Shown here piece by piece: positions 13,781-26,299 of a stretch of DNA of 64,000 bases. Within the stretch, counting starts at the first letter, position 1, and every line of letters begins with the position of its first letter. Below the pieces are notes generated by a model. It made no database searches. It saw only the letters and a list, made by a program, of their open reading frames with translations, and had not been told where the DNA came from. This DNA is from the human T2T-CHM13v2.0 reference genome, Homo sapiens, in assembly GCF_009914755.1 (NCBI RefSeq), contig NC_060938.1. The stretch is one strand, 5' to 3'. The position numbers and the translations under genes are program-made.

Positions 13781-14525
13781 CTAGGAAGTATAGGATGCAG
13801 ACTATTTGGGTGGGAGTTGTAAAAGTTGGGAAACTCTATGTGTGTGCAAAGTTTTACCAGGAAGAATTGGTAGCCTTGGGGTTGTCCACTGGGTGAGCCA
13901 AGGAGAAAGCTTAGAAAATACCCAAACTTCTCTTCAGGTTTCTGAAGTTCTAAGTTTGTCAGCCCAATTAACTCCCCGACGTAAGCTACTTAGGAGTTTA
14001 ACTGTCAGCAGCAGCAACTGGCAGAGTACACTGGAAAACCCCTTTCAGTGAGAAATGGGGACCTTTTGAGTTTTAGTCCCTTTTCTTTCCTGATCTTAGG
14101 GAGAATGAAGCCCCAGGAAGTGTTTACATACCTGTACATGACTTTGTTTAGTAGTCAAGGGAAACTCAGGTATACCTAATCCCTTCTGCTTCCAGAGCTT
14201 GGTGAATTGTGCCAACTCAGGAGGGGCCTTAAAGTTGGGGTACTAAATGTTTGTTACAAACTCTTCTCTCCTCAAGGAGAAGCTAGGATTTGAAAATTTC
14301 TTCCCAATTTTTTGAGGTAGTTCCCAAGGTGAGGTTCATACCTAAGTGTGCCTAAGCTTTTTCTACACTTTTGCTGTAGATATTTTCTCAGTCGCCTGGA
14401 GTATAGAGTCTCAAGTTTGTCTATGACTCTCTTTCAGATGACAATGATCCTTGTGTAGATGTTTATTCAGTGTGTCCATGGGTGAAGGGAGCGTCAGTAG
14501 CCTCCTATTCTGCCATATTGCTTAT
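13781..14525 (-). mobile_element. Ancient L1M 5'UTR remnant with degenerate tandem subunits
   Basis: Ends in GCCTCCTATTCTGCCATATTG (antisense of an L1M 5' terminus); two related AAAGTTGGG..A.T.TATGT.TGT blocks at about 13820 and 14230. Confidence 0.55.
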
Positions 14526-14539
14526 GTCACTCCTAAAAC

Positions 14540-14985
14540 ATACAAATAGTTCTTAAAACTCTGTAGTAAAAAATAAATAACTTATTTTTACATCAGCAAA
14601 AATCTGAAGATACCACTCCAAATTATACACAGATGGCAAGTTAGCATATGAAGACTTGTTGAACATAATTTGTCATTTAAAGAAATGAGAAAAAAACATA
14701 TATTAAGATACAAATGAGATACCACAATACACCTATTAGAATAAATAAAATACAAAAATAAAACTGACAATATCAACTCCTGGCAACCACATAAAGCAAC
14801 TTATGCATTGCTGGTGAGAATGTAAAATAATACAGCCACTTTGGCTGACAATTTGACAGATTTTTACAAAATAAAAAGTGAAGTTCAGAAACTGTGCTAC
14901 TGTATACTTACTTGATCGATTTGAAAACTCATGTCCACAAGTAACCAGTATAAAAATTTACTTAATACTTCTATTCATAATTTCT
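14540..14985 (+). mobile_element. L1MC-like 3' fragment
   Basis: TGAGATACCACAATACACCTATTAGAAT, CATTGCTGGTGAGAATGTAAAATAATACAGCCACTTTGG. Confidence 0.75.
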
Positions 14986-15599
14986 ATTTGCATTTCACTT
15001 TTTGGTATCTGATAAAGGCTCAAAGACAAATGGGGCTTATTTCTGGATAGAACTCATATTTAGTTCTCATTTCATCAGATTGCCTTTTATAAATAATGGT
15101 CTTATGCTCTTGCATTCAGCTTTTGAGATCTTTCTTTTTTAAATTGTCTTTTCTTAAATTTTTAACACATACAAACTTTAACAAATTTAATATACTCTGA
15201 ATAGAATAATTACCAGGAAAAAAATTTAATTAGTAACCATATGTTTGGAAAAACAAAAGCCAATAAAGCTTGTAAAATATTTATAAAAATATTTAATTGC
15301 ATTAAACAGAAAATCACATGTGAATTATAATATCACCATGCCACTAAGAATAACCTATTTGGGACTAATTTTATTGATTTAAAAGTAGAATTAATGAATT
15401 TTTTTCATGTTTTAAAAGATAATAATATTATCAGAAAATCTGCATCTATGATGCTTCCAAATACTCAGAAATATTATTGATACTTTTCCAGTTCCATACA
15501 TTGCAAAATACCAGATGTAGAAGCCAAAAAACTATAGTTTTCAATTTGTCTTGTCATTACTGTCCTGACATGTGAAATAAGTTCCATTACATACAGTTT

Positions 15600-15970
15600 G
15601 TTTGAATATAAGTTACTTGAGGAATTAGGATCAGTGAGAATTATCTGGTGTCAAACTGGATTTGTGAAAGTCACCTTGTATCTGTTGTTTGCAGTGTTGG
15701 TGGCAAGGAATTCTCAATCACTTCAGAACAACCTGTTTTGAGTTTGGATCAGAGGCAACATGGTTCTTCAATGAACCATTGCGGCAGTCCTTTTCAGCTT
15801 GACAGTTCTGCATAGTCATTCTGGGAGCTGTTTCTGGCATCAAATCTTAAAGCCTATTCCTCTAGCCCTACAAAGATTTGATCAGATTTTTAAAATCCCA
15901 CAAAAAGGTATCTCTATGCTCAAACTAGCTTAGTTTTTCTTTGTGCAGCCAAGAACTCCAATCAATATAG
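15600..15970 (+). mobile_element. Possible old ERVL LTR (LTR41/LTR33-like)
   Basis: 3' end ...AAACTAGCTTAGTTTTTCTTTGTGCAGCCAAGAACTCCAATCAATA resembles ERVL LTR termini. Confidence 0.4.
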
Positions 15971-16399
15971 TTGCCATAGGCATCTCTTTACAACAAAACA
16001 TATATAAGAAATCATAGACAGAACATTTGAAGCTAAGTTAAAACTAAAACTTAAATATTTTATCAGATATTTTAGTTTATGTTTTCAATTTGTTTCCCCA
16101 TTTCTATGTGATAATAAAAACTTTAATTTGTAGCTAGGAAATTGACTGTCTAAAATAAACACTAAAATTTTTAGCCTTAAAGGAAAATAATTTATCACAT
16201 AATTTGTGCAGACACAATTCTGTCGATAAGAGTACATTATTTATTCTTTTTTCTACTTTATTCCCTATAACTGTAGTTACTCTACAGTTCCTCTACAGCA
16301 TAGGAAACATCCCTTTAATCTAGAGATAGCCTTTCAGTGATAGGCAGGACTTATCATTGGATTTCTGAGGATGTGATGAAACATTGCCACCATACCATC

Positions 16400-16701
16400 T
16401 AACCTCCAGATGATAGTATTAGGAGGTGGGACACTGGGAGGTAATTAGGTCATGGGCAAGAAGCCTTCATGAATGAGGTTACTGCCCTTATGAAATGGCT
16501 AGCTTGCCATTTTCACCTCCTGAAAATATGGTAAGAAAGTACTCTCTGTGAATCAGCAATGGGACCTCACCAGACACTGAATCAGTCTGTGCCATGATCT
16601 TGGACTTGTCAGCCACCAAAACTGTGAAAAATACATTTGTTTTATTTTTAACATACTCAGTTTATGGTATCTTGTTATAGAAGCTTGGACAGACTAAAAC
16701 A
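16400..16701 (+). mobile_element. MLT1A/MSTD-like MaLR LTR
   Basis: TATTAGGAGGTGGG..GGGAGGTAATTAGGTCATG, CCTCACCAGACACTGAATC, TGATCTTGGACTT, GACTAAAACA. Confidence 0.85.
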
Positions 16702-17009
16702 GATACTTAAATTATACAGTTTTATTTGTGGATTTGATATTAACATAAAAATAATTGTTTAAAAAAGTAAAAATAATATGGATTTTAATTTGAGGGATTT
16801 CTAAGAAAATGTCTACAGCATTTCCTAGGTAATGAAATAAAATAAAAATTTTCATATAAATTTAATATTTCACTAGCTCATTTAAACTCCATGGAAAAAT
16901 TCTGAGTGCCTGTCATTAAATCTAATCTAGAAATTCAGAATATGTGCCTGTAAATTGAGACAAAAAAGATTAAGAGGCATTCGCTAGAGACAAACAAGCC
17001 CTCAGAATT

Positions 17010-17327
17010 TTATTTTATTTCCTATTTTCTTTTCTTTTTTTTTTGGTTTTGTTTACTGATAGAGTCTTGCCCTGTCACTCTGGTGCTGGCTAGAGTACAG
17101 TGATCATAACTCACTGCAACTTCAAACTCCTGGACCCAAGTGAGCCTCCCAAGTAGCTGGGACTAGAGGCATGTGCCACCATGCCCTGCTAATTTTTTTA
17201 AATTTTTTATAAAGATGAGGTCTTGCTATGTTGCCCGGGGCTGGTCTCCATCTCCTGAGCTCAAGCGATCCTGCCATCTTGGCCTCCCAAAGTGCTGGGA
17301 TTACAGGCATAAGCCGGCATGCTGGCC
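17010..17327 (-). mobile_element. AluJ
   Basis: Antisense Alu dimer with J features (GAGGTCTTGCTATGTTGCCC, GAGCTCAAGCGATCC) and a T-rich tail. Confidence 0.9.
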
Positions 17328-19479
17328 AGAAATGTTCTTTTGGACAAACTTTTCTCTAATTTGCCTTTTCTAAAATTATCCTCAAAACTTATATATTTAC
17401 TTGCATTAGATTTATATTTGCTTGTGGATTATAACATTACAATCTATTTAGAATGTTATCTATTCTTTCTCTGAGCCAGCTTTTTTGGAGGAAGTTATTT
17501 TTAACCTCTTCCCATCACTGGATCAGTTATCATAGTCTGAATACTGCATTGTTCAATTTATGTCACTGACAAATCCAATATTTATTAGGAGAATTTAAAC
17601 ACAACTTGTTTATTTATGAACTCTGTCAAAATGCCCTTAAATAAAAATTTTGAAGTTTAGCAGAAGGTGTTATGATGATGTCAATACTCAGTTAAAGAAA
17701 GTTCATAGGAAGGTAAGGCCATATATTATAGCCAATCATGAGCAAACCATAGACTTTATTATAACAGAATTGGGCATGTGAAACACAGCTAATACCTGGT
17801 TTGAAAAAGTAGAGTTTAAGCAAGTTTGCAAGTCAGTAATAAGATTGTATGTGATTGCATATGTTTTTATATTTCACTAGAGCAGATTAAAAGAGAATTC
17901 ACATTTCACCAATTAAACTTCAACATGAAGCACATATGAATTTCTTTCATGTCTTTCATTTGGTTTCCTTCCAAAGGGGGTATATAACATATAGTTTACT
18001 TTCTGTTGGAAAAAGGAACTTAAAGTTATGTTTGATTCAGTAACACAATTTCTCTGTCCTTCCTTTTTTCCTGTTTCTTTCACCGTTTGTGGAATTTCCA
18101 TCTTTTGTTAAATACTATGCTATACAAAAAAAAATCAAGATTTTATGTCATCAAAAATTCTGTGTTCAATACAAAGTGAGGAACTTTATAACTGAAGTGA
18201 CAATAGGATAACTATTGTTTTTTAGTTCATATATTTTAAAATATATGAAAATTTTCACTTGACTTTGTCAATGTAAATCAGATATTTAATAACAGAGGTA
18301 GACTATAAATTTTCTAACTGGACTTATTTGTATAATCTGAAAGACTCTACAGTCCTGTGTTTAAGAAAAATAGTTAACTAAATTATAACTGTTAAATTGC
18401 CAGGTATCTTTAGTTCTCTGTTATTATGATACATAGTAATACAATTAAATAAAGTATTTAATGTAATGCATAACAATTTAATTTAATTCATAAAAAATTA
18501 TTTTTCTCTGTTGCTTCAGATGCCCTGGGAAGAATATAATAATTTACCTACATTGGAAATCTCTGTAATGTAAGACTATCTAATGAATATTTTTCAAAAT
18601 GAAAATTGACAACAAATGTATTTCACAGATATAGAATGTTAGAATACAAAAAGGCAACTGCAGATCACATACTGTACATTTTATTTTGTAATGATAATAA
18701 CAAAGCTGAGTCTCAAGGTCTACAAGAAAGCAGTTCCAGGAGGAATGCAGATTAGTGGTGCAGGCTGGTCTTGAAACTAAATCAGGTTCTGTTGTTTCAT
18801 GACTATCCCAAGCAAGATTAATGGGATAAAGAGAAAGATATAAATACAATAACCCCAATAAAAAGTTGTTTTGTGTATATACCCCTTTCAGCTAAAAATA
18901 ATTGGTGAAATTAATTCTGGCTATGTTCTATAACAGCAACTCTTCTGGATTGCTGGAGCATTTGTTGATTTGGTTCATAATTGTTTGTGTGTTTGTGTGT
19001 CTGTTTTTGATTACGAATATCACCTTTAGCAAATAGTGGAGTAACTGCTGTAAATGGTTTCGTCCTTCTTTTTAATTTTCTCCTCCAGGTAGAATTATTA
19101 TACTCTTTTCTAGATCCTATCCTGGTCTTTAATTATTGCTCTATAATTGTCCCTACAGGAAAACATCTGCTGTTGCCCATTTTTCTCTCCCTATTGCTTC
19201 AGATTCCCTATGGGCTATATTATATCATGTTGACATTGCATTTTCTAGTTGCCTTTGATGATTTTCTACTCCAAGAGTCCTACAAAGATCAGGATTTTTA
19301 GGTACTTCATTTTCTATGGCAAATCAGACATTTTTCCTTCTATGTTATTGTCAGGTTATTGAATTTAGGAAATAATTTTGGCAAATAAGAGCTGTAAAAT
19401 TGTTTTACATTGACAGTTTTGTTCTATTCATAACTTCAAAAATTTAAAGTCCAATATAGCCTTGTTATGTTTAGGAGTA

Positions 19480-19925
19480 AATATAATAACAGATTATAAA
19501 TTTTCATAATTAATTGTATTCATGGTGTATTTTTATTAACATAATCATTTTATATTATGAAATCATATTTACAGTAAATTATGTTTTATATTTATACAAT
19601 ATTTATTTTATAATAAAGTGTGACATTCAAATTATATTATGAAATATGTTATAATTATAACAATATACATATGTATATATATTATGTCATGTTAATTATC
19701 ACTATTATTTTATGAAGAATTATTTTGGATAAACTAGTCATTTATTAGTATCATTAAATGATTATTTTAAATATAATGGATATTTATATTTATTTTATGT
19801 CTATTTTTAGAGAAGCCATTGATATTTTATATCTAAATGACAACTATAACTAGTTATTAAAGTGTAGAGGCTAAAGATTAAGCAATATTTATATTATATT
19901 ATTTATATTAATAATTAATCTATAC
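19480..19925. repeat. Extremely AT-rich low-complexity tract
   Basis: TATAAT/ATTAT-dominated sequence. Confidence 0.7.
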
Positions 19926-20494
19926 AACTTTTAGCCTAATCTTGTATCAGGCAACTCTCTTTACTCAGTCCTACTTAAAGGTTCCTTCATTCACATTTTA
20001 TTTCCCAACCTTAGTTAAATATCATATATTGTAGTCTATTGTATTTTAATGTAAGATCAAAATTAGAATCAAACACAGTCTTACCAACACTAAATTCTAT
20101 ATATTTTAAAAATTTATAGAAAAGTTGTAGGAATATTAATGCGAGTTAACTGACACTAAGAGTCTTGATAACTAATATGTTAAATCCTCTACAGATGATA
20201 ACATGTTTTTATAGTTAAATTTTAAGAAAATGTTACCAAATATGAACAATATAAATTAATAATTATATATTTATCTCCTTTTCAGGCAAAGCATACTTCT
20301 GTGTAATTTCTGATTGTTGTTGCCTTTTTATCAATAGTATCAGATAATATTTTATCAAATTTACAAGGGTGTCATTTGGATTTTCATGTGTTCTATATGT
20401 TTTAAAACTAAAATACTTTTTAATATGTAAAGAAGATAATAAAAGTACTATCTCTCAGAATATTTTTCTTTCTGTTTTATCATAAATATGTTAT

Positions 20495-20875
20495 GGATAT
20501 GGTTTGGATATTTATCTCCTCCAAATCTCATGTTGAAAAGTCATTCCCACTGTTGGAAGTGGAGGTCGGTGGAAGGTGTTTGGGTAATGGGGGAAGATCC
20601 TTCATGAATGACGTGGTGTCCTGCTGATGGCAATGTGTGAGTTCTTCCTCTGTGAAGTCATGGAAGAGTTATTTAAAAGAGCCTGGCCCTTCCCCCATCA
20701 AATTGGCTCTCCTTGCCTTTCTCCATGACTGGAATATTCCTAAGACCTTCATCAGAATCAGATGCTGGTGTCATGCATCATGTAGAGCCTCCAGAACTCT
20801 GAGCCATTTAAACTTCTTTAGTTATAAATTATCTAGTCTGAGGTATTATTTTATAGCAATGCAATCAGACTAACA
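20495..20875 (+). mobile_element. MSTB-like MaLR solo LTR with 5-bp TSD GTTAT
   Basis: GATATGGTTTGGATA..CCAAATCTCATGTTGAA ... CAGACTAACA; GTTAT at 20490-20494 and 20876-20880. Confidence 0.9.
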
Positions 20876-21446
20876 GTTATAAATTAAAAGACTCTAGTTA
20901 GATTAGAATGAATTGAAAGTAAGTTGGGGAAAATACAGAAAAAAGAGATAAACACATTTTCTTAAGACATGTTCAGCATTTTCCATAAACTATATAAATT
21001 TATTTATTTGCAACATAGTCTCAGAAGGTGCAAATCTGAATCACCATAAGAAACATACAAGTTGCATTAAATTATGGAAGCCTGTTCAGCTGAATCAGTC
21101 TTCTAAGGAAACTACATCCAGGTAATATTTACATTGCTAACATCCCTCTACAATGGTCTTGTAACCAGAAAGATTTTTTTATTCATAACCACTGAGGATT
21201 CTGTATATTAACATCATCAGTGTATATAGTCTTTAGTTACAATGGTTTTTTAAGATGCCACTTTCTTCTATGATTATGCAAAATAAAGTGATCATTTTAC
21301 CTTAGCTATTAATATCAAGTTAAAATGATTCAATGGCTGAATTGCTTATTTGGTGGGTTTTTTTACACTGAAAAATGTATAAAATACTTAGTCTCTTTTA
21401 CTAATTCAGTTTCATTTTTTTGGTTTACAATAAGAAGTATTCTCCA

Positions 21447-23702
21447 TGTATTAGTCCATTTTCACACTGCTGATAAAGGCATACCCAAGACTGAACAATT
21501 TACAAAAGAAAGAGGTTTAATGGACTTAACAGTTGCCCATGATTGGGGAGGACTCACAATCATGGCAGAAGACAAGGAGGAGCAAGCCATGTCTTACATG
21601 GATGGCAGCAGGCAAAGAGAGAGAGTTTATAATGAAACTCCCTCTTATAAAAGCAACAAATCTCATCAGACTTATTCACTATCATGAGAACAGCACGGTA
21701 AAGACCTGGCCTCATGATCCAATTACCTCCCTCTGGGGCCCTTCTCATAACACATGGGGATTCAAGATGAGATTTGGGTGGGGACACAGCCAAACCATAT
21801 CATTCCACTCCCAAATCTCATGTCCTTACATTTCAAAACAAATCATGCCTTCCCAACAGTACCCCAAAGTCTTAACTCATTTCAGCATTAACTCAAAAGT
21901 TCACAGTCACAAGTTTTACCCAAGATAGGGCAAGTCCCTTCTGCCTATGAGCCTGTAAAATCAAAAGCAAGTTAGTTACTTCCTAGATACAATGGAGATA
22001 TAAGCATTGAGTAAATACAGCCATTCCAAATAGAAGAAACTGGCCAAAACAAAGGGGCTACAGGGCCCATGCAAGTCAAAACTCCAGTGGGGAAGTAAAA
22101 CCTTAAAGCTCCAAAATGATCTCCTTTGACTCCATGCCTCACATCCAGGTCATGCTGATGCAAAGGTGAGTTCTCATGGTCTTGGGCAGCTCTGCCCCCA
22201 TACCTTTGCAGGATACAGCCTCCCTCCTGGCTGCTTTCACAGGCTGGCATTGAGTGTCTGTGGCTTTTCTAAGCACATAATGCAAGTCATAGGTGGATAT
22301 ACCATTCTGGGGTCTGGAGGACCCTTTTCACAGCTCCACTAGGTGGTGCCCCAGGAGGGACTCTTTGTCGGGGCTCTAACCCCACATTTCTCTTCTGCAC
22401 TACCCTAGCAGAGGTTCTCCATGAGGGGCATGCCCCTGCAGCAAACTTCTGCCTAGGAATACAGGCATTTCCATAAATCCTCTGAAATCTCGGTGGAGGT
22501 TCCCAAACCTGAATTCTTGACCTCTGTGCACTTGCAGACTCAATACAATGTGGAAGCTGCCAAGGCTTGGGGCTTGTATCCTCTGAAGCTATGCCCCAAG
22601 CTCTACATTGGGCCCATTCAGCTATGGCTAGAACAACTGCGATGCTAAGTTAAGATCTAGCAAGACCCTACGTTACACTCGACAGGGACCTTTGGCCTGA
22701 CCCATGAAACCATTTTTTTCTCCTAGGCTTCTTTGCCTATGATGGGAGGGACTGCCGTGAAGACCTGTGACATACCCTGAAGACATTTTCCCCATTATTT
22801 TGGGGATTAACATTTGTTACTTATACAAATTCCTCAAGCTGCCTTGAATTTATCCTCAGAAAATGGGATTTTTTTTTCTATCACATTGTCAGGCTGCAAA
22901 TTTTTCCAACTTTTATGCTCTGCTGTTCTTGTAAAACTGAATGGCTTTAACAGCACCCAAGTCACCTTTTGAATGCTTTGCTGTTTAGACATGTCTTCTG
23001 CCAGATACCTTAAATCATCTCTCTCAAGTTCAAAGTTTCACAAATCTCTAGGGCAGGGCCAAAATGCCACAGTCTCTTTGATAAAACATAACAAGTGTCA
23101 CCTTTGTTCTACTTCCCAACAACTTCCTCATCTCCATCTGAGAGCACCTAAGCCTGGACTTTATTGTCTATATCGCCATCAGCATTTTGGACAAAGCCAT
23201 TAAATAAGTCTCTAGGATGTTCCAAACTTTCCCACTGTCTTCCTCTGAGCCCTCCAAACTGTTCCAACCTCTTCCTGTTACTCAGTTCCAATGTTGCTTC
23301 CAAATTTTGGGTTATCTTTAGAGCAGTCCTCCCCTCTCAGTACCAATTTACTGTATTTGTCCATTTTCATGCTGTTGATAAAGACATACCCCAAGACTGG
23401 GCAATTTACAAAAGAAAGAGGTTTAATTAATGTACAGTTTCACATGTTTGGGGAGGCCTCACAATCATGGCAGAAGGCAAAGAAGAGCAAATCATGGCTT
23501 ACATGGATGGCAGCAGGCAAAGATAGAGATCTTGTGCAGGCAAATTCCCCTTTATAAAACCATCAGATCTCATAAGCCTTATTCACTCTCAGGAGAATAG
23601 CAGAAGAAAGACCTGCCCCCATTATTCAACCTCTCACCAGTTCCCTCCCACAACACGTGGTGATTCAAAATATTTTGGTGAGCACACAGCCAAACCATAT
23701 CT
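21447..23702 (-). mobile_element. Full-length THE1 (THE1A/B-like): LTR 21447-21802, internal 21803-23351, LTR 23352-23702
   Basis: Two homologous LTRs (TGTATT.GTCCATTTTCA...CAGCCAAACCATATC) flanking THE1-int (CAAATCTCATGTCC..CATTTCAAAAC ... TACCAATTTAC). Confidence 0.92.
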
Positions 23703-24930
23703 CTGCCCCAAGATTTAGTTCTGAAAAATATATGCGCATTAAGGTCATCCTCCCTGATTTAATTGTCTACCTGTTCTGATCAATACTTACACACTCAGAG
23801 CCTATCTATTTATAAAACAGCAATTTATTTATAAAATGTATTTATAAAATACATTTACTTCAAATTTCAGATGCTGTTCTATAAAAATGTATATGCATGT
23901 GTGAATATTGATATGTTGATTTTATGAACTTATTAATTTGATCAATTTTTCTTGTTTTAGTGTATCAGAAACTCAAGCCAATATATGATTTCAACATATT
24001 GATCTCAGGTTGAGGTTATGTTATTACCACGAGCCAGAACTATCAGAAAAATGGCTAAGAAGTTTAGGCTTTCAGTGCAATGCTATATCCCAGATTAGAT
24101 ATAATTCCTGTTAATTTTTCCTTTATGATGAGTCCTTTTACATATTTATATCTTTTATATTTTCTCTGCCAAAGCCCTCTGCCCTAATCCCTTTTTCTAC
24201 TCTAAAAAGGCTGAGCACATGCTAAATATTGCTAAAAAAACAAAATATTACGGCAATATATGCGGTAATATTTAAATGTGAATTTCTATTAACAAAAAAT
24301 GAATTTTATATAAGTATATATATATAAAGTATCTTTGATAGCTTCAAATGTGAAATCATATATAGTTCTCATGAAATAGGCTTTAATATATGTTATGGAT
24401 AATGTTATTAACTGTTTCTGATGTAAAAAACAAATCAAAAAAAGTTTACTGGATATTCTTTCCATCATACCAAAAGCCATGCATATCTTTCATTCCTATA
24501 TTATAAGTTATTTTTCATTCCAAACATATATACAATCTCATAAAAATTTCTATGAAATAAAAATTATGTGTATATTTTTATACAATATATTTATTAATAT
24601 TTAATTACATAATATTTACAAGTTAGAGATATGTGTGATTGTGGGGAAATTATCAAGTAGAGAAAAATTTAGCATAAAATGAATAAATATTGATAGATGA
24701 CTAGAACTAGGCTTCAGTTCATATTTATTAATGAGCTATATCTTGTATAGAAAAGTATATTCTATACTTTAATTGTCTTGTCAACTGTTGTTTTGTAGGC
24801 CTATTAAAGTTTTAACAAATGTATTTGTAAGGGCCTTCAAGATTAAGTCTAAGGAGTAAATAATTCAAAAGAAAACAGAACAACAGAATAGAAAGATATT
24901 GTCTTAAACAGTTGCCTAAAATTAAAGTCC

Positions 24931-25001
24931 TGGTTTACATATCTCTAATTACAGAGACTGTTTTTTAATGGTTTACATATCTCTAATTACAGAGACTGTT
25001 T
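24931..25001. repeat. Perfect 33-bp tandem duplication (period 38)
   Basis: TGGTTTACATATCTCTAATTACAGAGACTGTTT at 24931-24963 and 24969-25001. Confidence 0.95.
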
Positions 25002-25234
25002 CAATTTGTCATATATATTTAATCAAAGTCTTTATCTTATAAAATAAATTTTATAGAAATAGTGAACTAGTCCATTAAAATTAAATAAAAAACTAAGAAA
25101 AATGCATATATGATTATTTTGTAGAGTGTCAGTATATATAATTTCACAAATAATTTTTCATTGCATTTCAATTCACCTTGGAGTAAAACATAATACCATT
25201 TGTGTATCAGATTTACACACTAGAGATGTGTAAT

Positions 25235-25712
25235 GTTCTAGATGGAATGCACTGGTGGCATATGGCCTGTCAGCCATTGAAATATGACTAGTGTGACTTT
25301 AAACCTGATTATTAAAAAATTACTCTACTTTAGCTAATTTAAGCTTAAATTTAAAACATAATATTGGAAACATTTATGTTGTTTACAAAACCTTTGGTAT
25401 TTAAGGTTACTTTTTAAAATGCAAATTTTATGAAATTCACATAAAGATATACTTTTAGTAAAAATTTATTACTGAATTTAAATATATTCTAAATGTAAGC
25501 TACCACATTTAAAGATAGCACAAAAATAAAGTAAAATATCTTATTTATACTTTCTATATTGATTAAATGCTGAAATAAAAATATTTTAGATAAAATGTGT
25601 TAAAATCTATTTTTGAAATTAATTTTACCTTTTTCTTTTTACCTAATATATGGGGCTACTAGAAAAGTTAAAGATACATATGTAGTTTGTGTGTGTTTCC
25701 ACTAGGCAGCTT
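25235..25712 (+). mobile_element. hAT Charlie5/MER33-type non-autonomous element
   Basis: GAAATATGACTAGTGTGACT...; end GGCTACTAGAAAAGTTAAAGATACATATGTAG..TTTCCACTAGGCAGC. Confidence 0.7.
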
Positions 25713-26299
25713 AATTGCTCAGGTTATGTTTGTAGGCAAGTTTTTTACGTGTTTAATTCCCACTGTATTGCTGGACTTGATAAAATATTATTGAGTGATG
25801 CAATGTTTTCCACAAAATAGAATCCATTATAAAGAATTACTAAGCAGAAACCTCTACTTTATTGCAGAATATGCAGAATATGGCTATTGCCAATAATAAA
25901 TTTACCTATAGATATGTTTTAAAGGATAATATTTAACATTCATTTCACAAATAACACTAATGGCAAATAATTGTATTATTTATTAACTCATTTAAAGGTC
26001 CCCGATAAAATTTGGGTAATTGCAACTTGTTACAACTATCCACAGAAATAGTTTTCTTTTCAAACTACTTATATAAGCATGATAAATACAAGTACAAAAT
26101 AAAATTACATTTGTTTGCCTTTGGTAGGTTTCACTATGAAACTCATAACTTGACCTAAATGTCCTCCTGTTCAATATGCTTTCATTGTTTTTGAATTTTT
26201 ACACAGGAATGCTTTAGGAATTCCTTAATTTATAAGTCATCAATTTTTATCATGGCCAATATTGTAATTGACATAAGGCCTCTCTGAATCAACTTATTT

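Noticed and set aside
18500-18576. Possible small exon: TTTTTCTCTGTTGCTTCAG acceptor ... GTAAGA donor
   Set aside because: Isolated splice-like signals are common by chance; no partner exons or recognisable peptide. Needs RNA evidence.
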